The notes beneath the pieces were generated by a model that saw nothing but the letters and a program-made list of their open reading frames with translations, searched no databases and was not told the origin of the DNA. From contig NC_043006.1 of assembly GCF_006345805.1 (NCBI RefSeq), positions 23,746,001-23,810,000 of the forward strand: 64,000 nucleotides of DNA, written 5' to 3'. This document shows, in pieces, positions 1 to 13,328 of the stretch; position 1 is the first letter of the stretch; each line of letters opens with the position of its first letter. The translations under genes and the position numbers were made by a program. This DNA comes from Octopus sinensis. Taxonomy: Eukaryota.

Positions 1-3
1 TAC

Positions 4-233
4 CTGATGTCTTATCTCCAACTCTTCAATTTTGACCTGAAATTGTCTCTCCAACTCTTCAATGTTCATTTGATGCTTCTTGTTTAGATTGTCCATCATC
101 TTTGAGTGTTTGCTGCTAAGTTGCTCTCGGACTTGTTCCAGTTCTGCTTGGTGAGCTTCATCCAGTTCTGACTTTATCGCATCGGAATGTATGACCATTG
201 CAGACAGCTGGTCATCATGGTTTTCAGTCAGGT
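4..233 (-). CDS. Coiled-coil exon, phase 1-0: (H)LTENHDDQLSAMVIHSDAIKSELDEAHQAELEQVREQLSSKHSKMMDNLNKKHQMNIEELERQFQVKIEELEIRHQ
   Basis: Acceptor atatttcag|AC, donor CAG|gta at positions 3-1, 230 nt open. Absent from the ORF track. The gene continues beyond the window. Confidence 0.92.
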
Positions 234-390
234 CTGAAATATACATCACATACGAAATAAGGATCATAAGATTACTAGTACATGCGTACACACACATACA
301 CACACACACATGGGTTCCTTGATATGTTGCGCAAACTTTGTAGACAAAAAGGCATATCCACACAGTGTAATTTTTGTTTCCAGTTCTCCA

Positions 391-863
391 TTAACCCTTT
401 TGTTAACACATTCTAGTTGAGATGCTCTGTGTTTCTTTCAATTGATTTTAAATATAACAAAGAATTTAATAAAATAACTTAGTTATCATTAAGCTAGTGT
501 TAGGAACATAAATTGTGACTAAGGTTTGATGGAAGATTTTAATTTAAAACTTATGAAAACAAGACATTTGTACTACAGAGCCAGAGGCGGTTTCAGCTGG
601 GTTAGTATTGAAAGGGTTAAATTAATCATTTGTTAACCTTTTTTGTTACCATATTTCAGTTGAGATGTTCTGTGTTTCTTACAATTGATTTTAAATATAA
701 TAACGAATTTAGTAAAATAACTTAATTATCATTAAGCTAGTGTTAGGAACATAAATTGTGATTAAGGTTTGGTGGATGATTTTAATTCAAAACTTATAAA
801 AACAAGACATTTGTACTACAGTACCAGCAGTGGTTTCAACCAGGTTGGTATCAAAAGGGTTAA
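391..863 (+). mobile_element. Two adjacent piggyBac-like MITEs (391-620 and 633-863)
   Basis: TTAA-CCCTTT ... AAAGGG-TTAA termini, ~220-bp shared body. Confidence 0.8.
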
Positions 864-2365
864 ATATGTTCGGATTATTTGTGATTTGATGTGCTCAGAG
901 ATTCCTATTCCATGTGGAGACTTGTTTCCAAGTAGGAATTGGTAACAAGAAAGACAGCTTTTCTGCAACAAACTCCATCTGACCCATTCAAACATGGGAA
1001 AGTAGACAATATGATGAAGACAGTTTCTAATCATCATCATTTTTAATATTCATTTGTCCATCCTTGTATAGGTCAGATCGAATTTGTTGATGGAGGATTT
1101 TCTATAGCTGGGTGTCCTTCCTGTTGCCAACCCTCACCTATTTTCAGGCAAGGTGGTGACATCCACCACTACCACCCCATAATGTGAGGCATGGATTTCA
1201 CAGAAGACCCAAAACGAACAGCACCACTTGTATGACAGTGATGCTCATTTACAAGAATCACATGACGTTAAGACAAGCTGGCATCGGCTGGTCAGTTTGA
1301 AGGAACTGGCAAGCCAGAAGACTGCACCAAGCTCTAATGTCTACTTTGGCATGGTTTCCATGGCTGGATGCCTTTCCTAATGTCGACCACTTCAATGAGT
1401 GTACTGGGTGCCTTTTACACGGCACCAGCGCTAGTGAGAGGGCTGACTTTATAACAAGGGATGAAAAATTCACCCTTCAGTATTTAAACTGGCCATATCC
1501 GACCAGAATATTCTACTTGCTTTATGTTCAAACTGACCGGCTCTGGCCTCTCATACCTACCCTACAATGTCATCCTAAAAATAAGCAATCACATTGTAGA
1601 AATCTCAAATCTTTGAGATAATGCAGGTTAACCCCATAACACTGGTTGACGTAAATTTACGTGTGCTGTGTACTCACTTTGAATCAGATGATGCAAATAA
1701 ACACAGCCCTATCTGCTGTGGCTTTACACCTGTTTGCCAACTGGTTGCTATAAATATCCACTATTACTCACAGAATCCATAACAGAGGCCACCATGCAAA
1801 TTTCAAAGAATCTGATAGGTTTGTTAGACTCTTCATGTAAATATTTCCAACTCAGTTCGAGACTTCATCACCATAATAGTATAAAAGCAGCAGTTTTGGT
1901 GGTTACCCCACCATTTCCACTATGAATTCCTATCAAATTCATACACATTTAGCAAATTCTTCTGGTCCTTCATGGAATTTACAGTCGCATCCAGCCATGC
2001 CAGTTTCATTGAATTTGCAGTCCTCGCAGCAATGACATTTTACATAAATAAACAGTGGATGCTTTAAAGGAGTTGATGTAAATATTTGCTGAACCATTAT
2101 CAAGTACTAGTTGCTGAGATCGGCTGAGATGATTACCATCAGTGCAACCTAGTTGTCTGATAAAAAAAACCATTGTCATGGGGTTAATTCAAAACAATGT
2201 GAATAAATAAGCATTGCTTTTGATAATCTGAATGCAAAAGGGCTTGTGTATAATAGAGGGACAGGAACTGCTATCTGGCTGTAGTGGAGATATATGGTTA
2301 CCTCATTTGCAAAAGAAAGAGGGTGGCAGTGAATTCACTGCCCAACAATAATTCTGTCTACTTAC

Positions 2366-2771
2366 GTTTTTGTTGTTCACCCAACTTCAGTTCATATTTC
2401 TCTCGAAGTTTCTCCAGTTCCTGGTTGTAGTTCTCTTGAAGGGACTTCCTCTCTGCTTCAATTACTTTGTCTTTCTCTTCAAGCTGCTGACGTAGAGACC
2501 TCAGCTGCTCGTCCTGGTGTTTCTGCTGCTGTTGCTGCTGCTGTTGCTGCTGCTGTTGCTGCTGCTGTTGTTGTTGTTGTTGTTGTTGTTTGTTGCCAAC
2601 ATTGCTGTTGTCTGTATCGTCTTTGGCACTGGTGTGATCTTCGTAACGTTTCAAAGTTTCTTGCAACAGAGCAAGATTCCCTTCGTACTTCTGCTGCAGT
2701 TCCTTCATCTCCTTGGTCTTTTCGCACAACAACTCTTCTATCTGCTTCTCCTGATGTTCTTTTAACCGAAA
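2366..2771 (-). CDS. Coiled-coil exon with polyQ, phase 0-1: FRLKEHQEKQIEELL...NK(Q22)KHQDEQLRSLRQQLEEK...KLGEQQK
   Basis: Acceptor ctactctttgcag|TTT, donor AAAC|gtaagt, 406 nt. Confidence 0.93.
2523..2588 (-). repeat. Coding polyglutamine tract Q22: (CAA)7[(CAG)3CAA]3(CAG)3
   Basis: Triplets counted directly from the sequence. Confidence 0.95.
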
Positions 2772-3703
2772 CTGCAAAGAGTAGACATTTACACACAAAT
2801 AAATAAATGAATAAATGAGTGAATGAATGAATGAAAGATCCTCATCACTTCATGATCCTTTTCCCATGCTGGCTGAGGTTGATTGGTTTTGGCAGGAACC
2901 AACAAACCAGAGGAATGTGTCAAACTCCAATGATTGCTTTAGCATGGTTTCTGAAGAGCTGGATATTTACTCTTCCTAACACCAACTACTCTACTGGTTC
3001 TCATGGCGCTCACACCAGTAAGGTCACCAAGTATCTTGCAAAGACGAAATCTCTTCAAGTGAGAGGAGGTGAAAGTACGAAAGAGGGACACGCATGGGTG
3101 TGTTGCTGAAGAGGAGATACCTGGCTTGTCTAGATGGGAAGAGACAGACAGACAGAGATGGTGAAGGTTTTAATGTCAAAGTACAAGATGAATATAAGAG
3201 GGGAAAAAAAAGGGATAGAGGAACAGAAAGGGAGGAGGAGGAGAGGTAAGTACACAAGAATGTGGAAGAAGTGTGACAGATGGAGAGTGAGGTGGACGGA
3301 GTGGTTATCAGTTTGGGGTGGGGGAGAGTAGTAAATAGGAAGGGGTCAGGGAAAAGGGGGAAGTGATAAGGGACAGTTGTAGGAATGAAACGAAAGAGAA
3401 GTGCAGGACTTGAAATGATATCATTTGCAACTGCTAAGTGTGTAGATGAGAAGAGTCAATAAAAATGACAGAGGTCAGCTCATATCCTGCGTCCAAGATA
3501 CAAAAATACTGAAATGGCACAGTCAACTTAGCTGTAAAAAGGCACCACAGCAAGGTAAGGAGTTACTATTGTCACAAACAAGAGTAATTTGCTGCACTAC
3601 TAAGTGACAAGAAAATAAAAACACTAACAACAGTTGTCTAGCAGTGGTGGGAGATAAGCACAAAGATACAAACACTGATAATATATATATAAAATATATA
3701 ATA

Positions 3704-3900
3704 TATAGGGTTGGCCAAAAGTCACCTGACAGTAAGTCAAAACCATTTAATTCCAAGATTTATTTATATATAACAACTGAATGAATTTAATAAACATCAG
3801 GAAAATTGTTCAAACTGAAGTCATTCATTCGAGTCAATACAGAATCACAGACAGAATTTATGGAATTTTGATTTATTGTCGGGTGACTTTTGACCAACTC

Positions 3901-3904
<4 letters not shown>
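3704..3904. mobile_element. Tc1/mariner-type MITE
   Basis: Imperfect ~28-bp TIRs (tagggttggccaaaagtcacctgaca / tgtcgggtgacttttgaccaactctg) flanked by TA. Confidence 0.75.
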
Positions 3905-4528
<624 letters not shown>

Positions 4529-4825
4529 GTGGAGGCGCAATGGCCCAGTGGTTAGGGCAGCGGACTCGCGGTAGTAGGATCACGGTTTCGATTCCCAGAC
4601 CGGGCGTTGTGAGTGTTTATTGAGCGAAAACACCTAAAAAAAGCTCCACGAGGCTCCAGCGGTGGGTGGTGATCCTGTTGTACTCTTTCACCACTCTTTC
4701 TTCTGTTGGCCTGCTCGCTTAGCCAGCGGGGTGGCGTCATTCGAAGGCTAAAACAATGCGAACACATTGTGACCAGCGATGTGTAGCAACATCTGATGGT
4801 CTGGTCGGTCACATGATCATGTGAT
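4529..4825 (+). mobile_element. tRNA-derived SINE (family C), CpG-rich young copy; related heads at ~5870-6030 (+), 13004-13160 (-), 29160-29300 (+)
   Basis: A box TGGCCCAGTGGTTAGG, B-box-like GGTTTCGATTCCC, non-tRNA body. Confidence 0.75.
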
Positions 4826-5179
4826 ATATATACATATATATATGTATGTATTATTTATTATTTAAAAGACACAGTGCATTATATACATGTTACATAACTA
4901 ACAGGTGAGAGGCTCAGCTTTCAGTCAAATCATCCAATCCATGCCAGCATGGAGAACAGATGTTAAACAAAGATGATGATATATATACGAAGGGCTTCTT
5001 TCAGCATCCATTGACCAAATCTACTCACAAGGCTTAGGGCAGTCTGAGGCTATAATAAAAGACACTTGCCCAAGGTGCCACTCAATGAGACTGAACCCAG
5101 AACCACGAGGTTGGGAAGCAAACTTCTTTTTTTTTTATTTATAGATAGAGAGAGGGGGAGAGATGGAGGGAGGATGGAG

Positions 5180-5231
<52 letters not shown>

Positions 5232-6032
5232 GGATGGATAGACACACAAACACATACATATGCATGTAACTACACACCTAAGTGGACTCTAGATTTTGCT
5301 GACCACAGACACAATACATCTAAGATAGAGCACGATCTACTTAAATATTTCTCTCTCTCTCACCCCCCCCCCCCAATCTCTCAGCTGGGTTTTCTATTTC
5401 TCCTCAACTCAACTCGACTCGACCACAATCTCATCAGTTTCCTATTCACACTTATCTAATTATTACCTCAAATATCCTATTACTGTGCAAAATGAATAAA
5501 TACATATCCGCCGTTACTAAATTTAGAAACAAAAACAAAACAAACAATCACTCCGTTCCATGAGAATCAGTCAAAACCTGCAAAAGTACAGATATGGACA
5601 AATACGACTAAAGTACTGAAAATTCTTGTTACAATTCTGTAGCGAACTGAAGATTCATGTAAATTAGAATTAACAAAGAAAACATCAAACTGTAAGGTTT
5701 CATTCATCTAGTCTCAATTAGCAATTCCTCTGGTGCTGGGGCCACAAGAATATGTGTAGGATTGTGAGCCCCTTTCAGTATTGTTTTGCCAAAGAATTAT
5801 CAAGCCTCTACAAGTTGGTGCCAAATGAAAATACATCCAGTACACTTTGAAAAGCAGTTAACAAAAGGAGACATGGCCTTGTGGTTATGATATTGTGCCC
5901 ACGGTCATGAAATTGTGGGGTCGAGTCCAAGACCAGGTTGTGTGTTGTATTCTTGAACAAAATACATCATTTTACATTACTCTACAATCACTTTAGCATC
6001 TGATGTGTGGCACACCATGCACCTGTACAAAG

Positions 6033-6301
6033 CAGGGCTGTGGAGTCAAAACAAAAAACTTCAACTCCAACTCCTCTACTATTGGCATCTCTGACTCTGA
6101 CTCTGGATCATCTTTATGTAATTAAGTGACTGTGGTCTACATATCTCATAAAGCAAATGCATACGCTTGTACTTTGAGGAGGCCTATATGTTATAACTGG
6201 TTTATTTTAAAGAATAAAGATATTGTGAGTCAGAGTCAGTATGGTTTTACCGACTCTGACTCCAGCTACCCTTTGTCTCCAGCTCTAACTCCACAGCCCT
6301 G
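6033..6301. mobile_element. hAT-like MITE inserted in a SINE tail
   Basis: TIRs CAGGGCTGTGGAGT / ACTCCACAGCCCTG, subterminal GACTCT/GAGTCA repeats, partial TSD gtaca. Confidence 0.62.
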
Positions 6302-7079
6302 GTACAGCAATGTTGAGGTGATGGAGAGAACAAGCTAAAGTACAGCACAAACATTTGATCACTATAAGCAAATCTTTTGAGCAAGTTGTCCAGCAAGAGA
6401 TTGTAGAACCTTCTTACTTGGACTCAAGAGACCTCCATTAGTTGACCAATATAAAGGGTGTCTGGCTAAAGAAACTGAACCAAAGGGACAGGAATTAGCA
6501 TTGGTTATTGAAAGCAGTGGCCCTCAATAAGAAAAGGTTCAGATTGAGGAGAGAACATGTTAATGAAAGCCAACGTGGAAAGTGGACATAAAATGACTAT
6601 GATGTCATAAACCCTTTTGATACGGACCCACCTAAAACTGTCTTTGGTTATTCAATACTCATGTGGTACCTTTCAACATGATTTTATATAAAACCTTCTT
6701 AGAGTTTGCATTCCAAACTTGTTCCAGATGAATGTATACCAATAAATGAACAAACCAATGAAGTCACCAAGGGATCTTTGTGTGTGAGAGAGTGAGGGAG
6801 AAGGAAGGAAAAGAGGGGAAAGAAGAGAGGGGGAAGAGAGGAGGAAGAGAGGGGAGAAAGAAGAGAGGGTGGTAAAATACACTCAAGGAATGCTATAAAA
6901 TGGTGAGACAAGAAGGGACATCCATCCAGCCATGAAAAAGAAAACAAAAGAAAACCTGTAGTGGTTTCTAGAACAAGAAGGGACATTGCAATTTTTCTTG
7001 TACATGCTAAGTTAACAACAAAGAGCTTTGAGACCCAATAACAGGATGGGGGAAGGACATACAAATAATGATTATTATT

Positions 7080-8113
7080 GGTCATGTGGCGAGAATGGAT
7101 GAAGATAGGTGTGTGAGAAAGTGCCAATCCCTAGCAGTTGAGGGAACCCGTGGAAGAGGTAGACCCAGGAAAACCTGGGACGAGGTGGTGAAGCACGACC
7201 TTCGAACTTTAGGCCTCACTGAGGAAATGACCAGCGACCGAGACCTTTGGAAATATTCTGTACGTGAGAAGACCAGGCAGGACAAGTGAGCCCAGCCCAC
7301 TTATGAATGCCTTTCCTCCCTTGGACACAAAGACCTGTTGAGGCAAGCGAAGTCGATATAGAACCTCATCCGACGACAGACACCCATGCCAACCCCCCAT
7401 GCTTGCGAAGACATGTTGGGGCAAGCGAAATCGAAATTGAAACCGAATTGAACCAGCCAGGATCCCTGGCCTGGTGGTACGTAAAAAGCACTATCCGACT
7501 CGTGGCCGTGGCACGTAAAATACTCCAATGCGACCGTACGACAGGCACCCATGCCAACCCCCTTTGCTTGTGAAGACATGTTGGGGCAAGCGAAATCAAA
7601 ATCGAATTGAACCAGCCAGGATCCCTGTCTGGTGGTACGTAAAAAGCACTATCCGACTCGTGGCCGTGGCACGTAAAATACTCCAATGCGACCGTACAAC
7701 AGGCACCCATGCCAACCCCCTTTGCATGTGAAGACATGTTGGGGCAAGCGAAATCGAAATCGAATTGAACCAGCCAGGATCCCTGGTCTGGTGGTACGTA
7801 AAAAGCACTATCCGACTCGTGGCCGATGCCAGCACCGCCTCGACTGGCTTCCGTGCCGGTGGCACATAAAATACACCAATCTGACCGTGGCCGTTGCCAG
7901 CCTCGCCTGGCACCTGTGCAGGTGGCACGTAAAAAGCACCCACTATACTCACAGAGTGGTTGGCGTTAGGAAGGGCATCCAGCTGTAGAAACATTGCCAG
8001 ATTAGACTGGAGCCTGGTGCAGCCTTCTGGCTCCCCAGAACCCCGGTCGAACCGTTCAACCCATGCTAGCATGGAGAACGGACGTTAAACGATGATGATG
8101 ATGATGATGATGA
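7080..8113 (+). mobile_element. 5'-truncated RTE-clade LINE: RT C-terminus, tandem-repeat 3' UTR, (GAT)n tail
   Basis: GHVARMDEDRCVRKCQSLAVEGTRGRGRPRKTWDEVVKHDL...DRDLWK is a typical RTE ORF end (stop at 7289). About 2.8 copies of a 158-165 bp unit at 7381-7825, then the shared tail ...ggacgttaaac(gat)n. Confidence 0.88.
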
Positions 8114-8271
8114 TACACAACGAAGATAAATAAAATAAAATACATTTATATCAAAACAAACATGGAAAACATGGCCATTATTACAAAATATAATTTGTTT
8201 GAAAGTAATATGTAGGTAGGAGAAGAGTAAATATGAAAGTATTTGTATTTCCCCTCCAAAAAATAGACAGA

Positions 8272-8305
<34 letters not shown>

Positions 8306-8958
8306 CAGCAGTGATAAGGAATAAACAAACTTTGGGTTAGTTCAAATATGCTTGCAACACATTTCAACTTCTAAAGGCAAATTCAATGCAGTTACCATGG
8401 AGAAAAAATTCTTTTATGGTAAAAGGTGTAGAAACACCATATATATATATATATATCCATACTAGCAACCAACAACAGTGTTGCATTCAGAGTCAATGCA
8501 TACTAACAAACCTGCATTTGTTTCATAGTTAAACGTTGATTTGTAAACAAAACATTGTCTTTTTGAATACTTAATGGGAAGTATAAAGTAAGGGATAATG
8601 CATATACGTATACCAATAAAATTATTTTGTACTAGTTACTTCTCACAAAGACTGCAATTCTTTTCTGCTTTTTTTATTTCCAAATTTTATGACTCAGAAA
8701 AATAAAACAAAACACACAAGAAAGAAAGAGATAATACAGTTATATGCAAATTAGTTCCTTTTATAAAATCCTCACTTTTGTTTTGTTAGCATATAAACTA
8801 GTCCAAGTGAAGGGGGTGTTGGTTGTTTCCACAATGCAATCAAATAAATATCTAGTCAGTAACAGTGACGTCACTGTTTCAAATCCATGTCAGAGAAGGA
8901 CTCAATAAAACAATGAATCAGTAATGAGAGACATTATTTTTTTTTTTTTTTACACGAA

Positions 8959-9134
8959 TACATATATTTTACATTATTTACATTTGACGGATATTTGTCC
9001 TCATCTTGTTTGTTGCTAACACAACGTTTTGGCTGATATACCCTCCAGCCTTCTTCGGGTGTCTTGGAGAAATTTTGAACCTGGGTTCTCATTCCTAAGG
9101 TATTTTTCAATGTTGTTGTTGTTGTCATTATTAG

Positions 9135-9181
<47 letters not shown>

Positions 9182-9461
9182 GCTCACAGGCATATGGCAT
9201 AGTGGTTAAGAGCGCGGGCAACTAACTCCAAGATTCTGAGTTCATTTCCAAGCAGTGACCTGAATAATAATAATAATATCAAAAAATACCTTAGGAATAA
9301 GAATCCAGGTTCGAAATTTCCCCAAGACACCTGAAGAAGGCTGGTGGGTATATCAGCCGAAATGTTGTGTTAACAACAAACAAGATGAGAACAAATATCC
9401 GTCAAATGTAAAAACTGTACATAATTCCCCATCTCTTAAATATAAAATTACATATATTTTA
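8959..9461. mobile_element. Inverted pair of the PLE/hammerhead module with 13-bp TSD
   Basis: Minus copy ~8972-9180 (no tRNA head; hammerhead 9018-9063 mutated to CCGAAGA and AAAAC). Plus copy ~9184-9448 (hammerhead 9326-9371). TACATATATTTTA at 8959-8971 and 9449-9461. Confidence 0.85.
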
Positions 9462-10463
9462 ACTGATCAATATAATACACTGCAGTAAAGCTGCAATCTT
9501 GCAGAATAGTTAGCAGACTGGGTAAAAAGCTTGGCAGCATTTCATCCTTTATGTTCAGAGTTCAAATTCCACCAAGACTGACTTTGCCCTTTATTCTTCC
9601 TGAGTTGATAAAATAAGTAGCAGTGTCAATGTAATTAACCTATCCCCTTCACCAAAATTGCTGGCTTTGCCCCCGCCCCAAAAAAAAAGAATTTGGAACC
9701 GATATTTAGATAAGCCTTTAAGGTAGTGAGCATGCCAGACGAAATGTTTGGTGGCATTTCATCTGACTTTGTCTTTCATCCTTTTGGGGTGAAATAAACT
9801 TAGGAAATGCCTTGCTCATGCAGGAACTACACAGAAGGGCTGCAAGATCTGAATCCATCACAATGTTGAAAACCCCTCCATATCCTCAGCAGGTATCTCT
9901 GGGTCAAAAGCGTTTGTCCCTTAGCCTGTATGCTTCACCCGAAAGGAATAGTGAGGGCTGAATTAGTCTTTCCCCTCCTGCCAGTCTCATGCCAACCACT
10001 GCCACCTTGAAAAGGCTTTGGCTACCATACCTAACTCTAGTCATTTCCCAATATTAAATAAAAGAAAAAGAAAAAAAGAAGAATACAAGCATGGCTGTGT
10101 GGTAAGAAGCTTGCTAACCAACTATATGGTTTTTGGGTTCGGTCCCACTATGTGGCACCTTGGGCAAGTGTCTTCTACTATAGCCTCAGGCAAACCAAAA
10201 CCTTGTGAGTGGATTTGGTAGACGGAAACTGAAAGAAGCCTATCATATATATTTTGTCTGTGTTTGTCCCCCACCACTGCTTTACAACTGGTGTTGGTTT
10301 GTTTATGTCTCTGTAACATAGCGGTTCAGCAAAAGAGACTGATGGATAAGTACCAGGCTTGAAACAAAAATAGAAGTACAGTAGTCAATTCATTTGGCTA
10401 AAAGTTCTTCAAGGTGGTGCCCCAGCATGGCCACAGTCTAAAAAAAAAGGTATCCTGTCTCAC

Positions 10464-10585
10464 CTGTTCTCCTTCAAGGGATTCATCAAATTCCTGTTGC
10501 ATTAAAGTTTTGGCAAATTCTAGCTCTGAATCATATTTTTCATGCATCAACTGTGCAACCTCTGGGATTTTGCCACTGCGAAGAT
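10464..10585 (-). CDS. Coiled-coil gene exon, phase 1-0: (D)LRSGKIPEVAQLMHEKYDSELEFAKTLMQQEFDESLEGEQ
   Basis: Acceptor ttctccatttgcag|AT, donor CAG|gtgaga, 122 nt. Confidence 0.92.
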
Positions 10586-10809
10586 CTGCAAATGGAGAAA
10601 AAGGGGGAAGAAAAGGGAAGAAAAAGAATATCAGAAGAAGCAGTACCAATGGAAATTGGAGATTATTTTCAAAACTGTAAGATTCAGGGGAGTTTATTAA
10701 AAAATACAAGACACATTTTGTATCTTGGGGCGGTCATACCAATAATAAACACACACACTGGTTTAATTTCACTTCTTAATGTTTTTTTTAAATTTTATAT
10801 TTGTTTAAG

Positions 10810-10988
10810 CATTTAACCAATTAAATAATCAATTGTGTGATTAATAATTTGATCAATCAATCAATCAATCAGCTAGGTTTGTCACTGATGAGGTTGTAAA
10901 TGGCAACAAAAGGACTTTGACAAGCCTAGGTGATTGATCGACTGACCAAATGATTAATCATACAATCAATTAGTTAATTGGTTAAATG
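10810..10988 (+). other. Imperfect inverted repeat (~70-bp arms) closed by a degenerate hammerhead core
   Basis: Arms 10810-10884 and 10918-10988. Loop reads CTGATGA-G-GTTG-taaatgg-CAAC-AAAAG-GA-CTT. Confidence 0.7.
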
Positions 10989-11296
10989 GCTGATTAACTA
11001 CTAATAACAACTGAAGTGATACAGAACCAATGAATGTGTTTATTATTGGCATAGTGACCCTCCCAAAATACAATAAAATATATTTCAAAAAATGAATTCA
11101 CAGCAAGAATCTCGTAAACTAAATACAAAAACAACATACATAATTCCTTTAAAATTACAATTTTTCTAAAACACTTGATTTATAAGAAGGTGTAAAGTTT
11201 AACTAAACCCTACAGGGGCTGCTCCAGCATGGCTGCAATTCAAAGCCAGAAACAAATAAAAGGTAACAATTAAAAGAATAGTTTCATTTTACTTAC

Positions 11297-12406
11297 CATC
11301 CATCAAATTTTCATATTTCTCTTCATTGTCTGACAACTGACTTTCCAAGTTTGCTATTTCGTTTTTAAATTTCGTCGTTATCTCTCGTTTCTCCTTCTCA
11401 CCAAGTTCTGTCAGCTCTTTCCGCAGCTTCTTCAAACGCTGCTCAAACTCCGCCTGCATTGAAGCAATTCGAGCTTCATGGTCAGCCACAAGACTGTTGC
11501 TGTTGTCTTGCTTATTTCTCGAACCCAGAACTGAAGACAAGAAAGGGACCCCCAGTCTTTCTTTCTTAGCGCCTGCTCTGTTCTGATTGCTGTCACTCGC
11601 ATCGTAACTGTCAAACTGGCCGTCTGTCATTGTGCGTTTGACAAGTTCCCTCTCGAAGGAATCGCAACGCTTCAGGGTCATCTTACCTTGGTCGTTACTC
11701 TGCAACCCAGCCTGGAATTTTGTCAAAAGCTCGATTGCCTGCTTTTTCAGCTCAACTTGCAGCTTGATGTCACACTCTGACTGCAATGCATCCATTTCTA
11801 GCTTGTGTTCCTGTTCAAGAAGTTGTTCTTGTGCTTTCAGCACTTTCTCATGGACAGAAGTCATCTCTGCTTTGTCCTTGGGCAAGTGTGACTCAGACGC
11901 AGCAATCTCTGCATACTGGTTCTGCAAATGGTCGAGTTCCTCCTGAAACGTTTTCACATCTGTGGCACTATTGACATTACTGACATATCTGTGTTCATCG
12001 GTGCCACTGCGCATCACTGCTTCATCACTGCTGCTTCTGACTAATGAGGAGTTATTTGAATCATTTAAGACATAGGCTTCTTCTGCAACAATCTGAGAAT
12101 CCACTGGGACATGCTGCTCTACACTGGAAGCAGAAAACTCCGCGAATTGATGAGTTTGGTGAGCAAGCTGAGGAAACCGACCAGTCTTGTTCAGTGACAT
12201 TTTGCCAAAGCTCAAGTCCTGATCCAATTCTCCAGAGAAGTCCCCAAAACTAGCCGAGAGGTCGTGTTCAATTTGAGATTTCAGCTTGCCCATGTGGTGA
12301 TTGAAACGCTCTTCAATTGAATGAACTTTGGTTTCATAGTGAGAAAGCAGCTTACTCAGGGTTTGGCGTTGGTCTTCATCTAAACTCTGAGACAGAGAAC
12401 TCTCAC
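11297..12406 (-). CDS. Large coiled-coil exon, phase 1-1: (G)ESSLSQSLDEDQRQTLSKLL...NEEKYENLMD
   Basis: Acceptor tttatttag|GT, donor GATG|gtaagt, 1110 nt open, E/Q/K/L-rich (ORF 11289..12419). Confidence 0.95.
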
Positions 12407-12828
12407 CTAAATAAAGCAAATATATTTGAGAGATGAAGAGAGATTAGTAAATAATACTGATTTGTTTTTGCAGGGCATAAAAGAAATTTTAGCAAGACAG
12501 AGTAAGAGTAGGGGAGTATTATAATCACCTGCAATGGCTTTACTATATTACTGGTACACACACACCAGAGTAAGCACATAAATGTGAATCAAAGTGGGAA
12601 AAAGTAGTGCTCCATTACCGGAGGTAGAGTAATATGCTTTATTATTTTTATTAAAGCTACAAAAACATCATAAGAATATCACATAAACAGCTACTCTGAG
12701 TTTCATGTTCCCATTTGTCGGACAGTTGTGATTCAGAATGGAGCCTGATGAACGGGAACACGAGACACTGAGTAACAGATACTTTTTGTGATATTTTTGT
12801 GATGTTTTTCCAGCTTTAATAATAAAGA

Positions 12829-12870
<42 letters not shown>

Positions 12871-13328
12871 GATGGACTCTCCTATCATCAGAAGATGTAT
12901 GAGGGTTCGACAATTTCTTACTGAACAACCACATAGATGATTTGTTTATAGTGATCAAATGTTTGTGTACACATAAGCTCACTCCCTCCATCAGATCATC
13001 ATTACCTGTACAGGTGTAACAGGGTGCAATATGTCAGATGACTAAATGATCGCAGAACAACATGAAATGAAGTGCTTTGCTCAAGAACACAACACAACGT
13101 CCGGCCAGGAATCAAACCCATGATCTCACAATCGTCAGCGCAACACCTTAACCACTGACCAAATGCATGCACACACAACAACACAAATACATACCCTGCC
13201 TTCATCCATGCAGACACAAAACACCCCCACAAGCAACACATATACACAATCGTGCACACCACTATACACACACACACACATATTTATGCACAACACACAC
13301 ACACACAGTGTAAGGCACAGTGACTCAC

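Noticed and set aside
1680-1745. Strong donor AAA|gtgagt as a small exon
   Set aside because: No acceptor gives a stop-free phase 1-1 exon.
4531-4600. tRNA genes here and at 9188, 32680, 44162, 61489
   Set aside because: A and B boxes are present but the acceptor stems do not close and the sequence continues into repeat bodies, so these are SINE-type heads.
7381-7825. CRISPR-like array
   Set aside because: The units are contiguous tandem copies with no unique spacers, inside a eukaryotic LINE 3' UTR.
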